Below are positions 11,866-22,272 of a stretch of DNA of 38,955 nucleotides, one piece after another (the stretch's first letter is position 1; each line of letters opens with the position of its first letter). The DNA is taken from positions 62,001 through 100,955 of the forward strand of contig JBNGIO010005405.1 in assembly GCA_049999805.1 (NCBI GenBank), written 5' to 3'. The notes under the pieces are model-generated. The model had not been told where the DNA came from. It saw only the letters and a list, made by a program, of their open reading frames with translations, and did no database searches. The stretch comes from Folioceros fuciformis. Taxonomy: Eukaryota. Both the position numbers and the translations under genes were made by a program.

Positions 11866-12396
11866 GCTGAACGGGAGAGATATCCAGGAGCATCGAAACC
11901 GACAACAGCACAGCCTTTGCTTACCACCGATCCGCTCAGCTCCTTGCTTCAACCATCGTGGCTTTTGCGTCCACCAAACCTAAGTATCATAGTGCAATAA
12001 TATGGCAGATACGGGGTAACTTCTCTTTCTTCTCGGTACGTCCCACGATCACTGTCTGTATCGGGTGACACCTAGTGAGAGTAGAACGATGGAAAGAAGC
12101 CAAAGACAGAACAAAAAAACCCACTCCATGTAAGGTTAAAGGAGCATCTAAGATTATTATGTTCTAATTAATGCTCCTATAATATGATAGGTAGAACAAA
12201 TAGATTACAAATCAAGGAGTTAGAGGAAGAAGTATGCAGGCTCTTTATTAAATGTTCACTTACTTAACCACTCCTCAAACAATTCATGTAATGTAAGTTG
12301 CTTATTTATCTTAGATACCCATGCTCCTAAAAACACTCGGATTGTGCCATTTAGGATCTAAGTTCCCTACAGAACAAAAGAAAAGCTATACTCTAA

Positions 12397-12653
12397 ACAT
12401 TACAAGCAATAGGAACAAATAAACATCTACATTTTCTATCCAATGCTCATGAAACATCATCTAAGCTTCTTGTCAAAGGGTACCCATTCCCTGAATTCAA
12501 GCTCTTTGGTGAAGGGTATCTACTGACATTACAAGCAATAGGAACAAAGAAACATCCACATTTTGTATCCAATGTTCATGAAACATCAGCTAAGCTTCTT
12601 GTCGAAGGGTACCCATTTCTTGAATCTAAGCTCTTTGGTGAAGGTATCTACTG
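12397..12653. repeat. Tandem duplication, 2 x about 129 bp
   Basis: ACATTACAAGCAATAGGAACAAA...GGTATCTACTG starts at 12397 and again at 12526, with scattered mismatches. Confidence 0.9.
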
Positions 12654-12987
12654 ATCGAAAAACATTCTAAAGAGGTTATGAAGGTTATCAAAACAACTTA
12701 TCAAAGGGTACCTGTATCGAATAGTACCTATTGCTCTGAAAACATTATAAAGAGGGTAAATGAAGGTCACTACTGCTCTTAAAACATCATAATTTATTGA
12801 TCAAAATAAATGAGGCAATATCTAAGCTTGTTGTGAAGGATAGCTCCTACCCTTAAAACCTAATGGTGAATGAAGGAGTATGTTCAGTAAGCACCTTATT
12901 GAGCATAATTCCTTCTCCTTGAACCTTTGAATGAAGGAGAATTTAAGCACCTTACTGACAAATGGTAGCTACTACTCCAGAAACATC

Positions 12988-13140
12988 CTAAGCAGGTGGT
13001 TGATCAAACCACCAAGAAAGAGAAAGATTCTTAACGTAGCTAAGCAAGGCAGTTGATTAAAAAACGAAGGAAGATAAAGAGTCTTAAGGTAGCTAAGGAG
13101 GCAGTCGATTAAACCACGAAGGAAGAGAAAGAGTCTCTAG
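12988..13140. repeat. Degenerate tandem repeat, 3 x 52-53 bp
   Basis: CTAAG(C/G)A...GAT(T/C)AAA...GA(G/T)AAAGA(G/T)TCT units start at 12988, 13040 and 13093. Confidence 0.75.
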
Positions 13141-13378
13141 GAAGCTATCTACATGAGAGTGAAGGTGATTGTAAAGCAAAATACATGCTCCAAGGCTATC
13201 TACATCTTCTTGAACATCATTTGCATGAACAGGCAAAGACTACTTAGTAATACATACCATGGACAAAGCTGACGAAGTTGTTGTACTATTGACAGTGGCC
13301 ACATGTTGGACAATTTATCATTGAGAGGGCCACACAGAATTGTCATTGAAGGCTTCTCCTAGAGGATGATGCAGATAC

Positions 13379-13790
13379 AGTGTCTTCAGTTGAGAGCGCT
13401 TCCTAAAAGATGATGTGGACATAGTGTCTTCAGTTCAGAGCACCTCTTAAAGGACTGTAAGGACATTGTGGTGTCTCACGTTGAGAGCACCTCCAAAATG
13501 GCGATAAGGACGTGGTGTCTCTCGTGAGAGCATCTCCTCGAGGAGGATAGGGACTGGGTGTTTCTCGTGGAGAGCACCTCCTCGACGAGGATAGGGACTT
13601 GGTGTTTCTCGTGGAGAGCGCCTCCCACAGGACAATAGGGATGTGGTGTTTAAAGTAAGTGGTGTGTCTCGTGGAGAGCACCTCTCAAAGGACGATAGGG
13701 ATTCCTCTCAAAGGACGATAGGGATTCCTCTCAAAGGATGATAGGGATTCCTCTCAAAGGATGATAAGGATTCCTCTCAAAGGACGATAG
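13379..13790. repeat. Minisatellite: about 44-bp units followed by 5 x 23-bp units
   Basis: GTGGTGTCTCTCGTGGAGAGCACCTC...GATAGGGAC-like units at about 13379, 13423, 13468, 13512, 13556 and 13600. Then CCTCTCAAAGGACGATAGGGATT at 13681, 13704, 13727, 13750 and 13773 (last copy partial). Confidence 0.9.
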
Positions 13791-14840
13791 AAATGCCACT
13801 CCAAGAATGATAGAGATGTGGTCTCAGGAGAGCAAGTGATCAATAGAGACACGTTGTCGAAAGTAGGGCAAGAAGTGAGGGAGAAAGGCTGAAAGTGAGG
13901 CTAGAAAAAGGGGTAAAAGTAAAATGTACGCGAAGTACCAATAAGCAAATGCAGAAATTGAGCTTTATGTAGAATTATGATATGACCAATGGGAATATAC
14001 TCATTCTTTTCCTTACACATTAAATAAAAATATAGAAGAAGTACAACACAAATTGGGACTAGCCTTTCCATACAAATGAAAATTTTATGACACCATGCTT
14101 GTCGTATTCTACATACATACCACACATCTACACAATGAAATATAAAACGTATTGTTTTCATCTGAAACTTGCAACTTTAAGGTGTAGTATTTTCCTTCCC
14201 CAAAAGAGCCTTCGAACAGGCAAATGTCTAAATAAAGAAGTCAAATTACGAAGGACTTCAATGCTTAAAAAAAAAAAAACTTAAATAATTCATTTATAGT
14301 GCATTTATAGTGCACCCTAAACCCATCTCGTTTGAGTGCATGCTCGGAAAGAGACGTTTTACAATAACTTTTGTAGAAGTGTCAGTTCCCTCCTCTGTCC
14401 GCCGTCTCCTCGTCCTTTCCAGGAGAAGTTCAGATGTTTCGAAAGTTTGTACGGCTTCCTTGGCTTCAAGGTATTCAAATGGTGGAACTTCCAGACAGGT
14501 GCTAGTTGGTATGGATCCTGATGGGCCCGAGCCTGCAAAGGGTTGCAGCAGTCAGCCACACACAACTCTCGAGGGTGTTGAGGAGAATCTTTCGAAAGAC
14601 CTCGGTGTCTTCCGGATCCCTGAGTGACCACCGAAGGCCGACAATTCCATCTTGCCCTCCTAAACACAAGTGACCATGTCCTGCCAAACAGCTCTTGCAG
14701 ACACCGATTCCATAAGCGCGCAAGCGCACCAACCACCGACAAGGTGTTGCGCTATCAGTGCTACTTCTGTTGGAGCCCATCCGCTCCACACCACGACGAT
14801 GGACGCAGGAGGGTATAGTTCTCACGCTCAGTGACGAATC

Positions 14841-15629
14841 TTATCCCTTCGAGATCGCGCCCGCTGCTGCTCTGGTTGATGGAGTAGCTGGCCGGCTCTT
14901 TGCCTGCAATACAATGCTGACCTGATCTGCCACCCGTTTCTTCTCCGAAGCCACCTGCAAAGCAAGCAGCAGCCAGAATTCGTCAGACGCCCTGAACGCC
15001 AACCTCACATGCAAACTTGTACCGGCCCTCCTTCGATGCAACGCCAAGCTGAGTCCTTGCTCATACAGACCTCAACCAGCTTGTCGTGGTTCGCTCTCAA
15101 AAACTGGATTTTCCGCTCGCAGTAGTCCTTGCTTTCGGGTAACGTCTTCTGCAAAACCAGTCCAGCCAAGACTCTTGAGCATGCGGGCGCGGGCAGCCTG
15201 GGAACTCACACAAAACATGCAACTCGAGGACCTGAAGCTACACCTGTATGTAGTAACCGGTTCCGACATCCACGAGGACGCTATCCACATTCGCTAGCCT
15301 TCCCGGCGCGTACAAAGAGGCCGTCAGAGGAACTAACAGCTCCTTCCCTGCCAACCAAAACCAGACGCACCATGCGCATCAACAACCAAACCTAAAACCC
15401 TGTTGCAGCACGGCAAAACGCGGCCAGGGCAAGGGCGGGCACCCGCGGGCTGTTGCGACAGCTGGTGCACAGCTTTGGCGGCCATCTCGAAACGAGTAGC
15501 AGCCGTCCGGATGCTAGACAAGCTGTCCTGCAGCACGGAGAGCTCTCCATCATACTGCTCCTTCACCTGCTTCAGCTGATCAATGCTCAGCTTGCTGAGC
15601 TCGTCCATTAACCTCCCCGGCTGCTCCAT
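14841..15629 (-). CDS. PFD5: Prefoldin subunit 5 (alpha-type)
   Basis: Exons 15629-15443, 15347-15244, 15148-15071 and 14954-14841, all GT-AG and in frame. Product: [30 protein letters not shown]...[15 protein letters not shown]...[14 protein letters not shown]...KDYCERKI...[19 protein letters not shown]. Confidence 0.93.
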
Positions 15630-16068
15630 GCTCCCTGTCACCCGACATCAGCATCCATCCACGTCTTGCTCAGACCTTCTTGAATCCTCACCATCCTCCA
15701 TTCCCTTGTTCCCTCTGTCGAGAAAAGCAGCACTGCTGAAAACACACAAGGCAAGGCATACGGCCTCCATGCAACAACACAGCCCCGTCCCAATTCCGCT
15801 ACTCCTTCGCCGCCCCACCTGATTGATTGTTGTTGTCGGTTCCAGTTCTGCGCTTTCCGGCTCCCGCCATGGGCCGGCAATAGCAGGATCCAAGATCCCG
15901 TACGAAACAAGAGGCCTACCACAGTTTCGACGCCTGGATGTCGATGCCCTAGGTCGGGTCTCCTGTTGTTGCACAACGCTATCAGGCCTATACTGGTTTA
16001 AGACTCTCCCATGAGTGTACCTTTAGCCATAAAATACGCACAAGACAACAAAAGGGTGTCAGAGGCGG

Positions 16069-16106
16069 GGCTCCGGCTCCGGCTCAGGCTCAGGCTCAGG
16101 CTTAGG
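16069..16106. repeat. Hexamer repeat (GGCTCC/GGCTCA)n
   Basis: About 6 units in the divergent PFD5/PLC intergenic region. Confidence 0.8.
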
Positions 16107-17057
16107 TTCGCATCGGGATGACTTTGGAAATGTGGACAAAGGTTTCTCCTAGTGAAGGTCGAAGGAATGTTTGTGGACGGCACAGGACAGGCACAGGGCT
16201 TGGAAGTAGGAACAACGGTTGTCTCTTAGCGCAAAACATTACACCAAGGTTGAATGTACATACAATGCAGTATAGATTATAGTAAGAGAAGGACACGTGA
16301 AGGGCAGAAAAGTCGACAACGCGTTGCGTTGCTGTCTCATCCGCCAGGCAGAAGTTTGTTTATCAAGGCAGCTCCTTACGACATATTTGGCCTGGTCTCA
16401 CCAGTTCTTCATTTCCCAGCAGCAAGAACGAGCGATGCCAGTTGGAGCTTGCGGGGAGTGACACTGCGCGATTTTTGCATCCGAGTGATCAGGAGCCGAC
16501 ACCAGTGGTTGCAGCAGTTTTGGCGGAATCGGAAGTCACATACAAAAGGTAAGGCTCGTCCTCGGCAACGGTCCTATTTTAGAAATGCGACAGTGGATTT
16601 CCTCCAGCGACATACAGTAGCTAGCTAGCTAGCTGCGCCGTGCTGTGGATGAGACGACATGGAAGGCAGACCCGAGGCTTGTCCATTGTGTCCTGGTAGA
16701 AGCGGAGCTTCGGTAAGGCAGTTGTTGCGCGGAATGGATTTGGGTGGAGATGCCAGGATTGTGAAATGAGACGTAGGAGTTGGGTCTAACGGATAGGGCT
16801 CCTGGTGTACCAGCTCGCCATGCAAGTCTACCCGTGTCCCATGTCTCGAAGCAGCGACTGGGGTCGGTAGATCGTAATGGGCCAGTGTCTGCCTCTCCCC
16901 GCTTCCGCCTCAAGTCCTGAGTACAGTCAAAGGTTGTGAATTTTTTTTCCTGCGAGTCCATCCGAGGGCAACTGGTGACGGGGGACGGTGCTGCATGATA
17001 GGTTGTGGCTGAAAAAGGGGTGGGTGTTGTGGCAGGATATTGAGCGAGTGGATCACC

Positions 17058-19802
17058 ATGCCGGGTCTTTTTCGGTGTTTCCCTGAGGTGCATTTCCACC
17101 ACGGGCGAGTGAGAAGTGTACCAGCACTGGTTAAGAGGCTGTTTAACGAGGCTACAAATGGGAAGGAATCCATGAATGCTCTGGATCTCTCTGGTTTCAT
17201 CTCGAGGGTGCAGGGGGATTCCTTTGTGGACGAGGTGAAAGCTGCGGACATAATTGGGAAATGCAATTCGGAAGGAGGTTCTCATTCTCACCGTCTATTC
17301 GGTTCACATAGCAGCAGAGACAGTATGAGTAACGTCGAACTTGATTTACAAGGATTTTACAACTACTTGCTGCACAGTGATTTAAATAGTGCAGAGGCAA
17401 CCAGCTCCAAGGTAACAACAGCCGTCTGTTTGTTTGGGCTTTGTGAGAGGTGGAATTCCACTCTGTCCAGCTTATCACGGTTTGAATGGTGATATTTTGA
17501 GTTGCACAGCCAACCCAAGATATGACAGCTCCTCTCTCTCACTATTACATCTACTCGAGCCACAATTCTTACTTGACTGGGAATCAACTGACGTCGAGAT
17601 CAAGCACGGAGCCTATCGTGAAGGCCTTACAGGATGGGTGCCGTGTCATCGAACTTGACTGCTGGGGACGGAAGGGAAAAATCATGGTTCTACACGGGGG
17701 GTAAGTACTCTGACTTCCTTCTACAGCCACGAAGAAGCCTGGTTGGTGAAATCCGTGCTGTGTGGACTGTCGTGGCCTCTGTTGAACCCATACTGTTCTT
17801 CCTTCAGCACGTTGACAAAGGCTGTACCTTTTGCGGATTGCATAACGGCAATCAAGGAGAATGCGTTTGTTGCATCCGAGTATCCAGTGATAATAACAAT
17901 TGAGAATCATCTGTCACTCGAACTACAGCAGCAAGCCGCTCAGGTGACCACCTGAGTCTCCCTCCTAGTTTCTGGTTCAGGACATGAGACAGAGCAGTGA
18001 ATGTGTGACCTGATTTTGCTTGCTGCCGTTTGGCAGATACTTGTTTCCACACTGGGGAACTTGCTCTTCATTCCCCCAGCAGAGGAGCGGCCACCAAAGG
18101 TCTATCGTTCTCCGGAGGACCTGAAGGGGAAAATTATCATATCTGATAAACCACGTTCCGAAGCTGTGGAGGAGCAGGTGCATCCCTTTCTCTGTAGCGT
18201 TGGATACAGGCATTGCTGGATGTTGTTCCTCCACCTGAAAGTCTGTACGTACCCTGATGTGCCACAGGTGCAAGAAGATCCTGATGGCGCTGTGGGCATT
18301 TTGCCAGAGGTAGCAGCAATAGGAGAGAGACCGGTTGAAAATGATCCACCCAGGAAGCTGGGACCAGGCATGAAGGGGACAAAGACAAAGGCAGCTCAAT
18401 TTACAGTGCAAAAGGCAGCTGCTGCCATGGATGCGATCGCACACCACAGGCCAGATTCCGTTGAGGAGGATCAGCAGATAGCCACAGAGTTTGAACACCT
18501 TCTTTACATCTATTGTGAGAAGCCATCAGAAATGAAGCAAGCAGTCAAGGATCTACTTGTAGCTGGTGAAACCCGCACCATGGCCAACATGAGTGAGCCT
18601 CAACTGAAGCGAGTAATCGAGAAGAATCCTGGGTGCCTTCTCCAGTAAGAAAGCGAAGTGCATTAGAGACTTCGGTTCTGGCTTGCCCAGAGTTCGTCCT
18701 TTGTGAATGCTTTGTGTGTGTCTTGGCTGGAAATTAGATGGGCTTCGTGTAGTGGTGGCTAATTGAAGGTGAGACTGTGTTAACAATTGCAGGTACACGA
18801 GGACTAATCTGGGAAGGATGTATCCATTTGGCCTGCGTGTCGATTCTTCCAATGCAGACCCAATGCTAGCGTGGAGTTATGGTTTCCAACTCGCAGCAAT
18901 GAACATGCAAGGGTCAAATCGTGCCACTTGGATCGGTCGAGCTTTTTTCAACGCTAATGGTGGGTGCGGCTACGTCAAGAAGCCTGACCATTTCCTCGAC
19001 GACCGCGCAGCTGACATACAAACTCTTCCTCCGAAGCTAATTCTGAAAGTCAGTGTAGAGACAGGTGTTTGTGTTCCGTACGTGCACTTTTCGTTGTCGT
19101 CCAGTAATAATCTAACTGCGTCCTTTCAATGAGCTCGAATGTAGGTCAGGGTGCTGGCGGGAACAGATTGGCACAAGCATTTCGATATTTTTAAGAAGCC
19201 TGACTTTTACGTTAAGGTCTGATGGCTCACATCTGTGGTCGTTGTTTGTAGTTGTATCCTAGAACACTTCAGTCCTCCATTCGGACAGTAGATGTATCCT
19301 AGAACATTTTAGTCCTCCATTCTGACATTGGACATGGCAGGTGGGCATTCATGGTGTGGATGCTGACGAAGCTGATCACAAGACGCCCGTCGCTCACAAG
19401 AGCAGGGAGCCCCTTTGGGAGACCGAAATATACGAATTTCCCCTGACAGGTGTGCAATTTTCTTCACCGTTGACGACGGCATGGACTGTAGGAGACTGAA
19501 CAAGTTCTGTCATTTACCTGTGGAATATGATCCGGTGATATTGATGTGTGGACAACCACCTTGTGGTACTGACGAAGACCCATTTGTTTGCAGTCCCAGA
19601 AATCGCAGTGCTTAGGCTGGAAGTGTGGGAGGACGACAAATTCCAGCGTAATAAATTTGCCGGACAAGCTTGCATTCATGTAAAGGTAATGCAGCCTGGC
19701 ATACGGGTCGTCCCCTTGTTTTCCAAGAAGGGGGTAGCTCGGGGGTCCAAGCTCCTGCTCGAAATCGTCCGGGAGTCGGTGAATGGATTCAGTTTGAGTT
19801 GA
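17058..19802 (+). CDS. PLC: Phosphoinositide-specific phospholipase C (EF-like, X, Y, C2 domains)
   Basis: Nine exons: 17058-17411, 17510-17700, 17808-17943, 18037-18177, 18268-18644, 18793-19048, 19145-19216, 19341-19449, 19594-19802. X-box [52 protein letters not shown]-box [32 protein letters not shown]2 PDFYVKVGIHG...[15 protein letters not shown]. Confidence 0.93.
19253..19326. repeat. 40-bp-period tandem duplication inside PLC intron 7
   Basis: TGTATCCTAGAACA(C/T)TT(C/T)AGTCCTCCATTC(G/T)GACA at 19253 and 19293. Confidence 0.85.
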
Positions 19803-19925
19803 ATATGTGAAAAATGTTACAGTTACAGTGACACATGCAGAGCCGTACGTGGTGCAAGATGCAGAGTTGAGATACTTAAGGGCGGTTGTGAGAGCGGAGA
19901 GCGAACAGGTAGCGAAGTTTTCCAT

Positions 19926-19999
19926 TGCTGAGAATTGGTATGTCAGGACGGCATTGTGTATATGCTGAGAATTGGTATGTCAGGACGGCATTGTGTATA
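19926..19999. repeat. Perfect 37-bp tandem duplication downstream of the PLC stop
   Basis: TGCTGAGAATTGGTATGTCAGGACGGCATTGTGTATA at 19926 and 19963. Confidence 0.95.
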
Positions 20000-20470
20000 C
20001 TAATCTAAAGGGATGGTAAGCCTTCAGCCTAAAGGGGTGAGGACCGGAGCGAACAGGAAGAAGAAGAAGAAGACTATTATAGTCCAGTAGGGACAGAATT
20101 ATGTACTTGCAAACTTAACCACTTGAACCACGGACAACCTAGCTACTTGTCACAAGGCCATCATCTTTGGCCTTTCTTATGAATGTGCGTCCATTTGGCT
20201 GAGGACGGAGGACTATCTCAGGCTTTTATAAATGTGGAGAAGCATCCTAGGTTATTGTTGTAACAACCGAAGATTTTACTAAAATTCTTTTGATCTATCC
20301 TAAAGGGAATAATTGCCAAGCATGCACCAACCTACATGGAGGACAAGCATATGACATTGCAATTACAGCTTGTAACATTAAGCACACCAAAATTAGGTAG
20401 TGGTGCAAAGGTTGTCATTTGCGATGTATTTGACATCGGCCTACACGTTTTCCATCTGTTTGCCATCGTC

Positions 20471-20740
20471 CTACATAGTTCGATAGCTTGCACACATCCC
20501 TAAGCCAAGGCTTGGTGCTACACAGTTCGATAGCTTGCACACATCCCTAAGCCAAGGCTGGGTGCTACGCAATTCGATAGCTTGCACACATCCCTCAGCC
20601 AAGGCTTGGTGCTCTGTCAGCTTGCACACACTCCCTAAGCTAAGGTTTGCAGCGTACCCACACGCTTTCAGCTAAGGCTGGCTACTTGCACACACTTTAT
20701 TGCTGCTTGCCGTAAGCCAAGGCTTGATGCTTGCACAAAA
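20471..20740. repeat. 47-bp minisatellite (3 good copies plus degenerate copies)
   Basis: CTACA(T/C)AGTTCGATAGCTTGCACACATCCCTAAGCCAAGGCTTGGTG at 20471, 20518 and 20565, then decaying copies. Confidence 0.9.
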
Positions 20741-20805
20741 AGTCTTAATAAGTGAAAGTGGGAGGCCAAACTAGGTCTTGCACCCATTGTCTTGCACTAG
20801 TCTTG

Positions 20806-21046
20806 GCTGACCAAGCCGAGAGGAAAGTTAGGCTGAACAAAAGAGAGCTGATCAAGTTGAGAGGAAAGTTAGGCTGAGCAAAAGAGAGCTGACCAAAAGA
20901 GAGCTGATCAAGTTGAGAGGAAAGTTAGGCTGAGCAAAAGAGAGCTGACCAAGCCTAGAGGAAAGTTAGACCTAGCAAAAAAGAGTTGACCAAGCCAAGA
21001 GGAAAGTTAGGCCTAGCAAAAAAGAGAAAAAAAGGTAGGCTGAGCA
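20806..21046. repeat. 41-bp purine-rich minisatellite
   Basis: GCTGA(C/T)CAAG...GAGGAAAGTTAGGCTGA(A/G)CAAAAGAGA at 20806 and 20847, about 5 copies in all. Confidence 0.88.
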
Positions 21047-21138
21047 AGATATGTTCCTTTACTTGAGCAAAGTTGGAAACTAGCAAGAGTGAAGACGAGT
21101 ATGTTACTTGAAACTTATCAAATTGTACTTCCACCTAA

Positions 21139-21400
21139 AAAACAAAAGAAGGCAAGGCAACATTATGCAAAAAGCTTGTAGTGGTTGAACAAAGGAACTT
21201 CAACATGCAAAACAAAAGAAGGCAAGGCAACCTAATCTCTGCACATAGAAAAGCTTTAGTAGTCGAAGGGAGGGACTTTTGACTTGCAAAACAGAAGAAG
21301 ACAAGATAGCCCCAATCTTTGTATGAAGAGTACTGAATCGGTTGTCAAACAGAGGGACTTTGACCTGTAAAACAAACGAAAATAAAGCAGCCCAATTTTT
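21139..21400. repeat. Degenerate tandem repeat of about 70-80 bp
   Basis: Recurring AAAACAAAAGAAGGCAAGGCAAC ... GGGACTTTTGAC(T/C)TG(C/T)AAAACA blocks. Confidence 0.6.
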
Positions 21401-22272
21401 TTTTATGTTGAAAACCTTAGTCGAACAAAGAGAAAACTACAAGTGGGAAAAAACACTTTGCAAATCCGTCTTTCACACAACAAAATGATTCCAAAATGAA
21501 CATGAGAATCCTAATGACAAAACAAGAGACCAGGATGGAAACATAGAGGGTTTAATTCTTAAAAATACCATAATTTGAATCATTATGATAAGTCTAGTGT
21601 AACTAAAAGACTAGTGTATGGAGACGGGAGAAACACACAATACCTAATCAAGTCCCCACAATGCACTCAAAAGTGCTTTGGCCAATGACTGCATAAAACT
21701 TCCTGCAAGGGGTAGAACATTGCTTAGCAGGTAACGTGAAATGGCACACACATATTACATCAAATTTAATACCTTGAAAAAACTTGTGCTTATCTTCGAC
21801 TTCCAAGCCTCACAACTGGCTGATAGTTTCCTGAACTCGTCATTCGGCACCACGTAGAGGCTTTAATGTGTGACTTCGAGGTTTACGTTTCTAAACATAT
21901 ACTGTTGCTCAACGTTTCATTTTCCTTTTATGTTAAATGCAACCTGAATGAAATAACTGTCTTCACCCGGTCCTGCCTATGGGAAGGCCTTTCTCTCGGC
22001 CCCCAGACACCACGACCACATTCTTGCAAGATGTGAAGCTACGCCATCCTGCGCACGCGCAAGAAGTGTCAATGGAAGTTCAAGAAGACGCAACGGAAAA
22101 ACAGGGGCTGCTCTCCAGAAGGAAGGATCGTCACTCCGCAGCAGCTCATTCTGTAAGGCAAGGCACATGATTTCTGTCAATCCCAAGTATCCTCCACCAG
22201 AATGCAGTCGCATTTTTGACTGCAGAGGCTTGGCCTGATCTGCTGCAAGAAGGTTGATTCTCCGAGGTGGCG

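Noticed and set aside
13681-13790. 23-bp repeats (and the 47-bp and 20-bp arrays) as CRISPR-like arrays
   Set aside because: They are head-to-tail with no unique spacers, there are no cas genes, and the context is eukaryotic.
12129-14134. Possible LTR boundaries (TGTAAG... / ...ACA) and a PBS-like TGGTGTCATA on the minus strand
   Set aside because: No paired LTRs, target-site duplication or gag/pol remnants were found.
14310-14825. Overlapping short ORFs downstream of PFD5
   Set aside because: No recognisable family or consistent splice model; could be UTR or intergenic.
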